Of a stretch of DNA of 26,598 nt, positions 1-10,317 are shown piece by piece. The translations under genes were made by a program, and so were the position numbers. This DNA comes from a virus (taxonomy: Duplodnaviria > Caudoviricetes): the IMG/VR virus record IMGVR_UViG_3300029309_000297, positions 1 to 26,598 of that record, one strand, 5' to 3'. The notes beneath the pieces were generated by a model that was given only the letters and a program-made list of their open reading frames with translations, made no database searches and was not told the DNA's origin. How positions within the stretch are numbered: position 1 is the stretch's first letter; each line of letters starts with the position of its first letter.

Positions 1-303
1 ATCCTACAATGGATCAGTCAAAACCCCCCGAAGTATAAGTTTGTTTTTGTACTTTGGGAAGATGCAAACTCTGATAGTAGTTGGAACGAACTTTCCACAA
101 TAGAACAGATGCTACCAACAATATGTATTAGTGTTGGTTTTTTAATTAATAAAACTGAAGACGCTTTTATTTTAGCATCTGATTTTACAACCGATGAAAA
201 AAATGGCAAATATGTTATTGCAGAAGGTGGTAACACTATGGTCATTCCTACCAAAAACGTACTAAAAGTAGTACCAATCCCCCTTAAAATACAGCCTAAA
301 TAG
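1..303 (+). CDS. Phage hypothetical protein, 5'-truncated by the window edge
   Basis: Frame 1 is open from base 1 (ILQWISQNPPKYKFVFVLWEDANSDSSW...) into the listed 109..303 ORF. The VxWxDA..W / VGFL / IP pattern resembles a common small phage protein family. Confidence 0.7.
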   Translation: MLQWISQNPPKYKFVFVLWEDANSDSSWNELSTIEQMLPTICISVGFLINKTEDAFILASDFTTDEKNGKYVIAEGGNTMVIPTKNVLKVVPIPLKIQPK

Positions 304-320
304 TTGCTCTCTTGGATATA
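298..320 (+). promoter_or_regulatory. Candidate phage RNA polymerase late promoter
   Basis: TTGCTCTCTTGGA (304-316) resembles TTGCTGTCCTAGA (3081-3093). Both are intergenic, at positions equivalent to T7 phi6.5 and phi10. Only two copies found. Confidence 0.3.
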
Positions 321-323
321 ACT

Positions 324-512
324 ATGATTTCACAAGAATTAATTGATTATTTAGAAAAGCAATTCCCTGATAAATCGCCTGATCTTAACGATAATGAAAG
401 AAAAGTGTGGTTTAAAGCAGGACAATCAAGTGTCGTATCACATTTAAAAAAGATATTAAATGATAAAGAAAACAATTTATTAAATGAAACAATAATAGGA
501 GATATAAAATAA
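324..512 (+). CDS. Conserved hypothetical protein preceding the head module
   Basis: ATG at 324 is in frame with the listed TTG ORF. The LIDYLEKQFPD..P..AGQxSVV pattern is typical of the small gene at this position in marine T7-like phages. Confidence 0.75.
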   Translation: MISQELIDYLEKQFPDKSPDLNDNERKVWFKAGQSSVVSHLKKILNDKENNLLNETIIGDIK

Positions 513-513
513 T

Positions 514-744
514 ATGTGTGGATTTTCTAGACCCAAGCCACCACCACCACCTCCAGCTCCCCCAGCACCTCCAGCTACGGAAGTTAACGCTTCGTCAACT
601 CGTTTAAGAGAAAAGGCTCCAAAAGCCCCACAAACTAAAACGTCTAGCCGAGTTAGTTATTCGAGGAAACGAGGTAAACAGGCATTAAGAATACCTTTAC
701 AGGTAGGTGGAACTTCAAGTCAAAGTGGTGCAAACGTACCTTAA
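514..744 (+). CDS. Small proline-rich virion protein (T7 gp6.7/gp7.3-like)
   Basis: MCGFSRPKPPPP N-terminus, basic RGKQALRI C-terminal part, AGGAG SD, directly upstream of portal. Confidence 0.7.
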   Translation: MCGFSRPKPPPPPPAPPAPPATEVNASSTRLREKAPKAPQTKTSSRVSYSRKRGKQALRIPLQVGGTSSQSGANVP

Positions 745-756
745 TAGATAAAAAAT

Positions 757-2319
757 ATGGCAAAATTTATGACAGCTAAATCAAGATATAACACTCTTGA
801 AGCTATAAGAGACCCATTTTTAGATAGAGCACGAGATAGTGCAGAATTTACGATCCCATCTATTATGCCTCGTGAGTATCATAGTAAACACACAACATTA
901 CATACTCCATATCAAGGTATTGGTGCTAGAGGTACTAATAACCTTTCATCAAAGCTACTTCTAGCTTTACTTCCACCCAATCAACCTTTTTTTAGACTAA
1001 CACTTGACGAGTTTACTTTATCAGAACTTTCAGGTCGAGATGATATGAAAGGCGAATTTGAAAAAGCTATGGCTTCTATTGAACGAGTTGTTATGAGTGA
1101 AATGGAAGTTAACAATTTTAGAAATGCTTTATTTGAAGCTATTAAACATCTTATTATTGCAGGTAATGTTTTATTATATATTACACCTGAACTTAAAATG
1201 AAAGTTTATCATTTAGATAGATATGTAATTAAAAGAGATGGAATAGGTAATGTATTAGAAATTATTACAAAAGATATGGTTGCACCATCTTCTTTAACAG
1301 AAGAACAAAAGTTATTAATTGAAGGTGATAAAACTAAAGATAGTTATGATGATACTTGTGAAATTTATACTTGTGTTAAAAGATCAGATAATGGAAAAAA
1401 ATGGGAAGTACATCAAGAATTAAACGAAAAAATTATACCTTCATCTTTAGGAACTTATCCTATAGATAAAAACGCATTTATACCATTACGTTATACTTCT
1501 ATTGATAATGCCGATTATGGTAGAGGATTTATAGAAGAATATATTGGTGATCTTCGTAGTCTTGAAGCTTTATATAGAGCTGTTGTTGAAGGATCAGCGG
1601 CATCAAGTAAGGTTCTCTTTCTCGTGAAACCTAACGGCAGTACACGCCTTAAAACTTTATCTGAAAGTCCTAATGGAGCAATTCGTGAGGGAGATGCTAA
1701 TGATGTTACTACATTACAAGTTAATAAATTTTCTGATTTTAATGTTGCATTTCAAACAATGAGATTAATTGAAGAAAGATTACAATTTGCATTTATGTTA
1801 AATACATCTGTGCAAAGAAATAATGACAGAGTTACAGCAACAGAAATAAATTTTGTATCAAAAGAATTAGACGATAGTTTAGGTGGTCTTTATTCTTTAT
1901 TATCACAAGAATTACAACTTCCATTGATAAACAGATTAATGTTTCAAATGGAAAGAAAGAAAGCATTACCTAATTTACCTAAAGATAGTATACGTCCTAA
2001 AATTGTAACAGGATTAGAAGCGTTAGGTAGATCAAGTGATTTACAAAGATTAAATACATTTGTTAACCAACTACAACCTTTTGCAGAACAACTAATGACA
2101 TATCTAAATTTAGATGAATATGTAAAAAGAGTTGGTACTTCACTTGGAGTTGAAATGGAAGGTTTAATAAAATCTCCTGAACAAATCCAAGCTGAACAAC
2201 AAGCTATGCAAGAACAAATGATGGCACAACAAAATTCCCCTGCCGTTGTAAAAGAAGGTATGGGTATAGTCAGGGATAGTTTTAAAGACCAAAGAAACAA
2301 AAACAATAAGGAGAACTAA
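757..2319 (+). CDS. gp8: Head-tail connector (portal) protein
   Basis: 520 aa with T7 portal motifs: TPYQGIGARGTNNLSSKLLLALLPPNQPFFRL, YGRGFIEEYIGDL, RVTATEI, LGGLYSLLSQELQLPL, TGLEALGR. Confidence 0.97.
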   Translation: MAKFMTAKSRYNTLEAIRDPFLDRARDSAEFTIPSIMPREYHSKHTTLHTPYQGIGARGTNNLSSKLLLALLPPNQPFFRLTLDEFTLSELSGRDDMKGEFEKAMASIERVVMSEMEVNNFRNALFEAIKHLIIAGNVLLYITPELKMKVYHLDRYVIKRDGIGNVLEIITKDMVAPSSLTEEQKLLIEGDKTKDSYDDTCEIYTCVKRSDNGKKWEVHQELNEKIIPSSLGTYPIDKNAFIPLRYTSIDNADYGRGFIEEYIGDLRSLEALYRAVVEGSAASSKVLFLVKPNGSTRLKTLSESPNGAIREGDANDVTTLQVNKFSDFNVAFQTMRLIEERLQFAFMLNTSVQRNNDRVTATEINFVSKELDDSLGGLYSLLSQELQLPLINRLMFQMERKKALPNLPKDSIRPKIVTGLEALGRSSDLQRLNTFVNQLQPFAEQLMTYLNLDEYVKRVGTSLGVEMEGLIKSPEQIQAEQQAMQEQMMAQQNSPAVVKEGMGIVRDSFKDQRNKNNKEN

Positions 2320-3062
2320 TGGTTGAAAAAGTAGAAATACCTGCGGAAGAAGTAAAAGAAACGCAAGAGTATCAAGAAGAAATGATAAAAAAAGCTGATG
2401 ATGCAAATAATGTTGCAAATAGTGAAACAGCTCCAACTACTGAACCTGTTAAAGAAGAATTAATACTTGGTAAATTTAAAAGCCAAGAAGATTTAATTAA
2501 ATCTTATCAGGAGTTGGAAAGAAAACAATCGGAAACACCAAAAGAAGAAACTCAATTAGAAGCAGATAAACCTGTTAATTTTGATTTTTCTTCTGCTGAA
2601 AGAGAGTTTGAAGAAAATGGTGAGTTAAGTGAAAACACAATTCAATCTCTTGAAAAAGCAGGATTACCTAAATCTTACATAGACAATTATCTTGCAGGTT
2701 TAGATGCTGTTGCACAAAAGTTTGAACAAAAAGCTTTTGACACTACAGGTGGTGAAGAAAACTATAAAAGAATGACTGATTGGGTAACTGAAAATTTACC
2801 TGAAAATGAAATACAACAATTTAACGATAGCATTGGTCAAGATAATGAAACAGCATTATTTACTATAAAAGGTATGTATGCTCGTTTTCAATCTGAAACT
2901 AAAGAACCAAATTTAGCAACAGGAACTAACGCACAACAATTTGGATCAGCATATGAAAGCATTGGTCAAATGAAAGCTGATATGGCTGACCCTAGATATG
3001 CAACAGATAGTGCATTTAGAAAAATGGTTGCTGACAAAGTTTCAAGATCAAAAGTTATTTAA
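2319..3062 (+). CDS. gp9: Capsid scaffolding protein
   Basis: Acidic 247 aa between portal and capsid. Motifs KFKSQEDLIKSYQELE, GGEENY, MADPRY..D.AFR..V. Confidence 0.93.
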   Translation: MVEKVEIPAEEVKETQEYQEEMIKKADDANNVANSETAPTTEPVKEELILGKFKSQEDLIKSYQELERKQSETPKEETQLEADKPVNFDFSSAEREFEENGELSENTIQSLEKAGLPKSYIDNYLAGLDAVAQKFEQKAFDTTGGEENYKRMTDWVTENLPENEIQQFNDSIGQDNETALFTIKGMYARFQSETKEPNLATGTNAQQFGSAYESIGQMKADMADPRYATDSAFRKMVADKVSRSKVI

Positions 3063-3109
3063 CAAAATTCTGTGGATAAATTGCTGTCCTAGAATAGCAC
3101 GTAAAAGTA

Positions 3110-3140
3110 AGACTTAACCCGTTTGAGGACGGATAATTCT
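3110..3140 (+). promoter_or_regulatory. Stem-loop in capsid gene leader
   Basis: AGACTTA-AC-CCGTT-TGAG-GACGG-A-TAATTCT forms an interrupted hairpin about 60 nt upstream of the capsid start. AAGGAG SD at 3185-3190. Confidence 0.45.
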
Positions 3141-3201
3141 GAAACTGAAATTACTATGCTTTATTAGCAACAACCTATAAATACAAGGAGATATAAATAT
3201 A

Positions 3202-4140
3202 ATGTCAAATTATACTGTATCAAATATAGGTCAGAATGCTGGTTCAGGTAGTACAACTGCTTCTTTCTTGAAAATTTTCAGTGGAGAAGTTATTACTGCA
3301 TTTGAGTCAGCAAACTCGACACTAGATAAGCACTTGGTTAGAACAATTTCTAACGGAAAAAGTGCACAGTTTCCTATCGTTGGTAAAGCAACTGCTTCAT
3401 ACCACACAGCAGGAAACGAAATTACTGGTGGTTCAATAACTCACAATGAGAGAACAATCTCTATTGAGAACTTATTGATTGCTCCAGTATTTATCGCAAA
3501 AATAGACGAAGCTATGTCTCATTACGATGTGCGTAGCATTTATTCAAAAGAGCTTGGCAGAGCCCTTGCTAATCAAATGGATAAACACGTCTATCAAAAC
3601 CTACTTTTAAATAGTAGAGCAGGTGCGGCTTCGCCACAAGCGGCGGGTCAACAAATCACTGACGCTGACTTCGCAACTAATGCGGCTTCTGCGGCGGCTA
3701 CTATTTTTAGTGCGGCTGAAAAATTAGATGCGGCTGATGTGCCTGCGGAAGACAGATATTGTGCTGTCTCTCCTGCGGTATATTACAATCTAATCCAAGC
3801 GACTACTGTTATTAACAGAGATTGGGGCGGATCAGGTTCTTACTCTGATGGTAAAGTATTAAAAGTTGCAGGTATTAACATAGTACCTACAAACAACTTA
3901 CCATCTTCAAACATTAACTCTGGCGTTGGTCAAGGTTCATCTACAAATTTTGCAGGTGACTTTTCTAACACACTTGGTTGTGTTTGGCAGAAAAATGCAG
4001 TTGGAACAGTTAAATTAATGGACTTGTCTACAGAGATGGAATACCAAATCCAAAGACAAGGTACGTTAATGGTAGCAAAATATGCTATGGGTCACGCACC
4101 TCTAAATCCAATCTGTTCGATTGAAATTAAATCTGCGTAA
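3202..4140 (+). CDS. gp10: Major capsid protein
   Basis: T7 gp10 motifs: FLKIFSGEVITAF, RTISNGKSAQFP, HYDVRSIYSKELGRALA, KYAMGH. Strong SD. Confidence 0.97.
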   Translation: MSNYTVSNIGQNAGSGSTTASFLKIFSGEVITAFESANSTLDKHLVRTISNGKSAQFPIVGKATASYHTAGNEITGGSITHNERTISIENLLIAPVFIAKIDEAMSHYDVRSIYSKELGRALANQMDKHVYQNLLLNSRAGAASPQAAGQQITDADFATNAASAAATIFSAAEKLDAADVPAEDRYCAVSPAVYYNLIQATTVINRDWGGSGSYSDGKVLKVAGINIVPTNNLPSSNINSGVGQGSSTNFAGDFSNTLGCVWQKNAVGTVKLMDLSTEMEYQIQRQGTLMVAKYAMGHAPLNPICSIEIKSA

Positions 4141-4162
4141 TTTATTACGTTTGGTTTACACT

Positions 4163-4188
4163 TGGGAGGCGGCTTTGGTCGCCTCTCA
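4163..4188 (+). terminator. GC-rich hairpin after capsid gene (T-phi position)
   Basis: TGGGAGGCGGC-TTTG-GTCGCCTCTCA, an 11-bp stem including two G-U pairs. No immediate U-tract. Confidence 0.6.
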
Positions 4189-4204
4189 CTAAATAGAATT
4201 TATT

Positions 4205-4819
4205 ATGACAACTACAGTTACAACTAAATTAGAAGCAATAAATGTAATGCTTACTGCGATTGGGGAAAGCCCAGTTAACACAATTACATCTTCAACAACA
4301 ACTGATGTTTCTATTGCAATACAAATATTAGATAACGTATCAAGAGAAGTACAAAGTGTTGGGTGGCATTTTAATACTGACACTAATTATTTACTTGCTA
4401 AAAATACATCTAATCAAATTGTTTTACCTTCAAATTGTTTAAGAGTAGATAACTCAAACAAAGATGCAGATTTAGATTTAGTTGAAAGAGGTAGAAAACT
4501 TTGGGATAGAGAAAATCATACTTACACTATTACTAAAGATATTAGAGTTAATATAACTTGGTTTTTAGAATTTACAGAATTACCAGAAACGGCTAGAAGA
4601 TATATTACAATTAGAGCCGCTAGAATATTTCAAGATAGAATGTTAGCATCAGAAACTTTACACGCATTTCATCAAGTTGATGAGCTTTCAGCTTTATCTG
4701 CATTAAAAGAACACGAAGGAGATACTAGAGATCATAGTATTTTTGATAACTATAGTACATACAGAGTTATTGACAGAGATAATTTTCAACCTGCGAAAAC
4801 TACAATTAGCGATGAATAA
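4205..4819 (+). CDS. gp11: Tail tubular protein A (adaptor)
   Basis: LEAINVMLTAIGESPV, VQSVGWHFN and LPETARRYITIRAARIFQ motifs; synteny. Confidence 0.95.
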   Translation: MTTTVTTKLEAINVMLTAIGESPVNTITSSTTTDVSIAIQILDNVSREVQSVGWHFNTDTNYLLAKNTSNQIVLPSNCLRVDNSNKDADLDLVERGRKLWDRENHTYTITKDIRVNITWFLEFTELPETARRYITIRAARIFQDRMLASETLHAFHQVDELSALSALKEHEGDTRDHSIFDNYSTYRVIDRDNFQPAKTTISDE

Positions 4820-7212
4820 TGAGTGCAAGATTAATTTCAAATTCAATTCCAAATTTATTGAATGGGGTGTCCCAACAACCAGATACAGTAAAATTACCAA
4901 ATCAAGCAACCATACAAGAAAATGGTCTTTCTGATATTATTACTGGTTTAGGTAAACGACCACCTACTGAACATATTGCAAAATTAAATAGTGATACGTT
5001 AACAAATAGTAAAGTACATATTATAAATCGAGATACTGTAGAGCAATATGCAGTTTTAGTAAATAATCAATCTATAAAAGTTTATGATTTAGCAGGTAAT
5101 AATAAAAGTGTAGTCACTCCTGATGGGTTAAGTTATTTAACTTCTACAAATCCACAAGAAGATTTTAATTTAGTAACTGTTGCTGATTTTACTTTTATTG
5201 TTAATAAAACTAAAACAGTTGCAAAATCTGGTACTCCATCTGCATCTCGACCTGACGAAGCAATATTTTATGTAAAAAATGGTCAGTATAGAACTACTTA
5301 TGAAATTATTATTGATGGTTCAAGTGTTGCTAATTTTCAAACTTTAGATAATTCTAATGCTAGTAATGCGTCATCAATTACTACAGATAATATAGCTACT
5401 GAGTTAACAAACGATTTAAATTCTAATTTATCAGGATACACTATAATTAGAGATGGCTCTATTATATATGTAAAGAAAAATTCAGGAACTTTTACTGCTG
5501 AAGTATCAGATGGACTTGGTGGTGATGGTTTAATTTTAGTGAAGGATAAAACTAACTCGTTTGCTGATTTACCATATAAAGGTTATATTGGATTTGTTGT
5601 TGAGATTGTAGGAGATGGTGGTACTGAATTTGATAACTACTTCGTAAAATGGGACGGAACTGCGTGGGTTGAAACTGTAAAAGATGGTTTAGATAATTCA
5701 TTTGATACATCAACAATGCCACATTTGTTGATAAGAACAGCAGACGGAAATTTTAGGTTTTGCAAAGCAGACGGTTCATCTTACACGGTTAGTGGTACTT
5801 CATTTACGGAACCAGAATTTGCATCTCGAACAGTAGGGGACGAGACTACAAGTCCCGACCCTACGTTCGTTGGTAGAAAAATTAATGATATATTCTTTTA
5901 TAGAAATAGACTTGGTTTTTTATCTGATGAAAACGTCATCTTTTCTAAAGCAGGAAAGTTTTTTACTTTTTGGGCAACTACAGTAACAACTGCTGTAGAT
6001 GATGATATGATTGATTTAGCTGTTAGTCATAACAAAGTATCTATTTTAAAATATGCTGTACCATTTAATGAACAACTTGTTTTATTTTCAGATCAATCAC
6101 AGTTTACTCTTGATGCTGAAGAAGTGTTGTCAGCTAAAACAGTTTCAATTAATCAAACTACTGAATACGAGATTGATGATGGTGTAAAACCAATAGGTCT
6201 TGGACAAAATATTTATTTTGGAATATCTAGAGGTAGTTTTGCAGGTGTTAGAGAATACTATGTAAATGCTGATACAGAAATTAAAGATGCGTTAGATACA
6301 ACTGTAAATTTACCAAGATACATTTCAGGTGGACTTAATGGATTAAAAGGTTCATCTTCTGAAAATACATTATTTGCTTTTGCTTCAGGAGAAAGAAACT
6401 CTTTATTTGTTTATAAATATTATTTTGATGCAGGATCAAAAGCTTTACAAAGGGCTTGGTCTAAATATAAATTTGTAGACACAGATGTTTTATTAGATGG
6501 TGATTGTATACAAAATTATTTGTATATGGTTATTAAAAGAGCTGATGGTACATATTTAGAAAAATTAAATTTAAAAACAAATGAAGTAGATACAGGATTA
6601 AGTTTTCCAATTTTATTAGATCGTAAAACGAGTTTGACAGGTAGTTATGATAGTGCAACAAATAAAACTACATTTACACTTCCATATCAAGAAACAAATT
6701 CTATGGACGTTGTTTTAGGTGGGTCTTGGTCATCTACAGAAAAAGGAAGAAACATTCCTATTTCTAGTACAACAAACACAACTATAGTTGTAAATGATGA
6801 TTATTCTGCTAATCCTGTTATTGTTGGAAGAAAATATACATTTAAATATCAGTTTTCAACTTTTTTTGTAAGAGAACAAAAAACAACTGGTAATGCTACT
6901 TCTGTAAACACAGGTAGATTACAACTAAAGAAAATGAGTATTATATTTGGAGACACAGGTTTCTTTGAAGTTAATTTAACACCACTAGCTAGAACAGCAT
7001 CTGTATACAAATTTACAGGTCAAATATTAGGATCAAGTACATTTACTATTGGGCAACCTAATTTAGAAAGTGGTACATTTAAATTTCCTATTCAATGTAA
7101 AAATACAGATACAGTTATATTCATATCTTCCGATAGTTACTTACCTTGTAACTTTCTTTCGGCAGAGTGGGAAGGAGTATTCTCTGTTCTTTCTCAACGA
7201 ATAATAACTTAA
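4819..7212 (+). CDS. gp12: Tail tubular protein B (nozzle)
   Basis: 797 aa. SIPNLLNGVSQQPD, GLGKRPP, MPHLL, FYRNRLGFLSDENVIFS, QRAWSKY, GRLQL and C-terminal AEWEG motifs. Confidence 0.96.
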   Translation: MSARLISNSIPNLLNGVSQQPDTVKLPNQATIQENGLSDIITGLGKRPPTEHIAKLNSDTLTNSKVHIINRDTVEQYAVLVNNQSIKVYDLAGNNKSVVTPDGLSYLTSTNPQEDFNLVTVADFTFIVNKTKTVAKSGTPSASRPDEAIFYVKNGQYRTTYEIIIDGSSVANFQTLDNSNASNASSITTDNIATELTNDLNSNLSGYTIIRDGSIIYVKKNSGTFTAEVSDGLGGDGLILVKDKTNSFADLPYKGYIGFVVEIVGDGGTEFDNYFVKWDGTAWVETVKDGLDNSFDTSTMPHLLIRTADGNFRFCKADGSSYTVSGTSFTEPEFASRTVGDETTSPDPTFVGRKINDIFFYRNRLGFLSDENVIFSKAGKFFTFWATTVTTAVDDDMIDLAVSHNKVSILKYAVPFNEQLVLFSDQSQFTLDAEEVLSAKTVSINQTTEYEIDDGVKPIGLGQNIYFGISRGSFAGVREYYVNADTEIKDALDTTVNLPRYISGGLNGLKGSSSENTLFAFASGERNSLFVYKYYFDAGSKALQRAWSKYKFVDTDVLLDGDCIQNYLYMVIKRADGTYLEKLNLKTNEVDTGLSFPILLDRKTSLTGSYDSATNKTTFTLPYQETNSMDVVLGGSWSSTEKGRNIPISSTTNTTIVVNDDYSANPVIVGRKYTFKYQFSTFFVREQKTTGNATSVNTGRLQLKKMSIIFGDTGFFEVNLTPLARTASVYKFTGQILGSSTFTIGQPNLESGTFKFPIQCKNTDTVIFISSDSYLPCNFLSAEWEGVFSVLSQRIIT

Positions 7213-7673
7213 TGAAAATAGATGAAATAGAAGCAACTAGCGAACATATAAAATTATTAGTAAAAGATTTAAGACCTGAAGATAAAAGAGAAATTATTTC
7301 TAAAACAGGAACAAATGATTTAGAAAAAACTTTGCTTAAAGGTTTTACTATGACAGATTATTGTAGATCGTTTTTTGTAGATGATAAAATTGCAGGAATT
7401 TATGGAGTAGTAGCATCACTTGATGATAAAAAAATTGGCTCTCCGTTTTTACTTTGCACTCCTAAAATTAAAAAGATTAAAATTAAATTTTTAAAAGAGT
7501 GTAAAAACAGAGTAAAAGAAATGGAAGATAAGTTTCCTATACTATTTAATTATATAGATAGTAGAAATAAACTTCATTTAACTTGGCTTAAATGGTGTGG
7601 GTTTAAAATTATTAACGAAAAAATGTTTAACAAAGTTTTGTTTTACGGATTTTATAAGGAGAAAAAAGAATAA
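7212..7673 (+). CDS. Internal virion protein A-like (T7 gp13 / GNAT-like)
   Basis: ATG at 7212 overlaps the gp12 stop (TAATG). LRPEDKREI and LFNYIDSRN..H..WLKWCGF motifs; synteny. Confidence 0.8.
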   Translation: MKIDEIEATSEHIKLLVKDLRPEDKREIISKTGTNDLEKTLLKGFTMTDYCRSFFVDDKIAGIYGVVASLDDKKIGSPFLLCTPKIKKIKIKFLKECKNRVKEMEDKFPILFNYIDSRNKLHLTWLKWCGFKIINEKMFNKVLFYGFYKEKKE

Positions 7674-7675
7674 TT

Positions 7676-8254
7676 ATGTGTACTATGGAAGCGTATATCG
7701 CAACAAGAGTGTTACAAGGTTATACGCAATATCAATCCGATAAATCTAAAGCTAACTATATTAATCAACAAGCAGAAACTAAAGGTGCTAGATTAAGAAA
7801 CGAAGCTATTTACACAGATAATGCTTTTATTAGAAAACAAGAAGCTGAAGAAGATAAAGCAGCATTCCAAAAAGAAAAAGTTGCTACACAAAAACTAAAT
7901 GTTGAGGGTTCTGCAAAAGTTGCATTCTTTGAAAAAGGTTTAGGTGGTAATTTATACAATACGGTTCTTGGAGATATATCTAGACAAGCAGGTAAACAAT
8001 TTAACACAATAGATCAAAACTATGAAAACAAATTAAGAGCTATTGGTTATGATCGTTTGTCTTACAATAGAAGATATACAAATCAAATTTTAAGTTTGCC
8101 ACGAGCATACAAACCAAGTTTTATGACTTATGCTTTATCTACTGCTGTAGATATCGGTGGAGTGTATATGGCTAATCAAGCACCTTCAACACCATCAGCA
8201 GGAAATCAAACAATGGACGTATCAAGTATGTCCGATAGTGGGTTTAGATACTAA
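7676..8254 (+). CDS. Internal virion (ejection) protein B, gp14-like
   Basis: MC- start, 192 aa, helical Q/A/K-rich, position after gp13. Confidence 0.7.
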   Translation: MCTMEAYIATRVLQGYTQYQSDKSKANYINQQAETKGARLRNEAIYTDNAFIRKQEAEEDKAAFQKEKVATQKLNVEGSAKVAFFEKGLGGNLYNTVLGDISRQAGKQFNTIDQNYENKLRAIGYDRLSYNRRYTNQILSLPRAYKPSFMTYALSTAVDIGGVYMANQAPSTPSAGNQTMDVSSMSDSGFRY

Positions 8255-10317
8255 TGGTTAAAATAAATACAAATCTTGGAGTTAGCGTCAATTTAGAAAA
8301 CGCACCTACTCCAAAACCAATAATGAATGTTGGTGGAGAAAAAATTGTTGGTAAAGATAAATTTGGTGCACTAGCTGATACATTAGCACAAATAAATCCT
8401 ACTATTAAAAAATTAGCTGATCAAGATTTAAAACAAAAAGCTGAAACATCATTAGAAGAAGGTCAAGCTAAAATAAATGGAATGACTTTAGAAGAAGCTA
8501 AAGAAGCTCACAAAAATGGTTTTCCTGATATATTTAATGGTTGGGCTAGATATGGTGCATACAAACAATATGCAAATAATTCTGTAGATAATTTTATACA
8601 AGATTTTAAATCTGACTATTGGTCTAAAAGAAATCAAGAAGGTTATAATTGGCAAGATCATTATAATGAATCAAGTGGAGTTTTTTTAGAAGGTAAACAA
8701 GGAGATGAGTTTTTTGCTTCTGCTTATAATACAGGCACAGAAGAATTAAGAAGATGGTTAAACGTAAAAGAGTTTGAAAAACAACAAGAAGAATTACAAT
8801 TTAAAGTTATTGGTAATACTTCTTTATCTATACAAAACTTACCTACTAAAGTTGAAGAACAATTAGAAATATCTTTTTATGAAAATGAATTAGCTAACGA
8901 CCCTGAAGGTATGAATGTTAATGGTTATCAAGAAAGAAAAGCAAAATTCTTTCAAGATAATATGTCTCAAACATTTAAAGATATGTTTTATAAATTAAAA
9001 GAAAACAAAAATACCGCTTTGTCTAATGCTGATTTTGATGATGTAGTTATTAATGAAGCTGAATTACACGCAACATTAGATGGTAGATTTGCAAGAGAAT
9101 ACATAGAATTATTAACAACAAATAGACCTGATGGTACTCCTGCAATTATTAACAATCCTAAATATCAAGATAGAGTTGTTAAACTTGTAGATAAATTAAG
9201 AGATGCAATTGAGTTAAATAACAATACTGTAAATTGGTACAATGGTAATGTTGGTTCAATGTCTAAAACTGACAGAACAGAATTAGGTTCTAATATTTTT
9301 CAAAAAGAATATAACAGAAGAAAATCAGAAGGTTTATCTGATGCTGACGCATTTTTAGCTACTACTATGACTATAATGTCAGGTATGAAAAGAAACGAGC
9401 CTGTTAAACAAATAGAAGATTTATTAAGTAAACCATTAACTAGAGAATTTACTGAAGATAATAAACTAGCTTTAGAGGTATATGCCGCTTTAGAAAAAAA
9501 TGGTATTACAGGAATTTATTTTAAAGAAAACGATAAAAACAGATTTAAATATTTTGTAGCTAACGTTAGAATACAAGCAGGAGAAGACCCACGAGATGTT
9601 ATATTAAGTATGGGTACAATGGATACTACTACAAAAGAAATTAACGATTTAACATCACAAGATAAACAAACTATTCAAAGATTTGCTGTAAATATGGCTA
9701 ACCCAAGAAATCAAGAGTTAGCGTATATGGTTGCTAAATATTTTAAAAATATAGCAGGTGGGGTTGATACAGATTACCTTAAACTTACAGAAAAGTTTTT
9801 AGATAACCACTATACAAAAATTAATGATCGTTATGTAAGTAATTATAAGTTAAATCAGTTTGGTGTTCCTGCTGAAAACTATGATGCTTTTAAAGTAACA
9901 GCTATAGAATTATTAAAAGAAAAATTAAATGGTGAAAAGAACATTATTCAAGAAACAGATTTAGTTGGTTTCTTCTTTGATGAAACTAATATTGATGTTG
10001 ACCAACCAGCACCTAATGTAAATGAAGGAATAGATTTAGATGATTATGAGCTTATTGTTAATACTGATGATGATGTTATATATTTTAAACAAGATGATGG
10101 CTCTCCTTTAGAAGTACCCTCTACTGTTGAATATAAAGATGGTCAAACAGCTTGGTTACAATTACCGATTTCTTTAGTTAAAGAAAGATATGACGCAAAA
10201 GTAAAAGAACAAGATGCTAAAGATGCTATAGCAGATGCAGAAAGACTAGAAAAAATAAGAAAAAGAAAAGAAAAAAGAAAAGAATTTTATGAACAAACAA
10301 AGGATATGGTACCATAA
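8254..10317 (+). CDS. Internal virion (ejection) protein C, gp15-like
   Basis: 687 aa, helical, LADTLAQINPTI N-terminal motif. Assigned mainly by synteny and size. Confidence 0.65.
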   Translation: MVKINTNLGVSVNLENAPTPKPIMNVGGEKIVGKDKFGALADTLAQINPTIKKLADQDLKQKAETSLEEGQAKINGMTLEEAKEAHKNGFPDIFNGWARYGAYKQYANNSVDNFIQDFKSDYWSKRNQEGYNWQDHYNESSGVFLEGKQGDEFFASAYNTGTEELRRWLNVKEFEKQQEELQFKVIGNTSLSIQNLPTKVEEQLEISFYENELANDPEGMNVNGYQERKAKFFQDNMSQTFKDMFYKLKENKNTALSNADFDDVVINEAELHATLDGRFAREYIELLTTNRPDGTPAIINNPKYQDRVVKLVDKLRDAIELNNNTVNWYNGNVGSMSKTDRTELGSNIFQKEYNRRKSEGLSDADAFLATTMTIMSGMKRNEPVKQIEDLLSKPLTREFTEDNKLALEVYAALEKNGITGIYFKENDKNRFKYFVANVRIQAGEDPRDVILSMGTMDTTTKEINDLTSQDKQTIQRFAVNMANPRNQELAYMVAKYFKNIAGGVDTDYLKLTEKFLDNHYTKINDRYVSNYKLNQFGVPAENYDAFKVTAIELLKEKLNGEKNIIQETDLVGFFFDETNIDVDQPAPNVNEGIDLDDYELIVNTDDDVIYFKQDDGSPLEVPSTVEYKDGQTAWLQLPISLVKERYDAKVKEQDAKDAIADAERLEKIRKRKEKRKEFYEQTKDMVP

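Noticed and set aside
9-38. ATG at 9 with a C6 run as a frameshifted start for the first gene
   Set aside because: Frame 1 is already open from base 1, so a start outside the window is simpler.
4110-4204. T7-style gp10B capsid frameshift extension
   Set aside because: No clear slippery site, and only 64 nt separate the stop from gp11.
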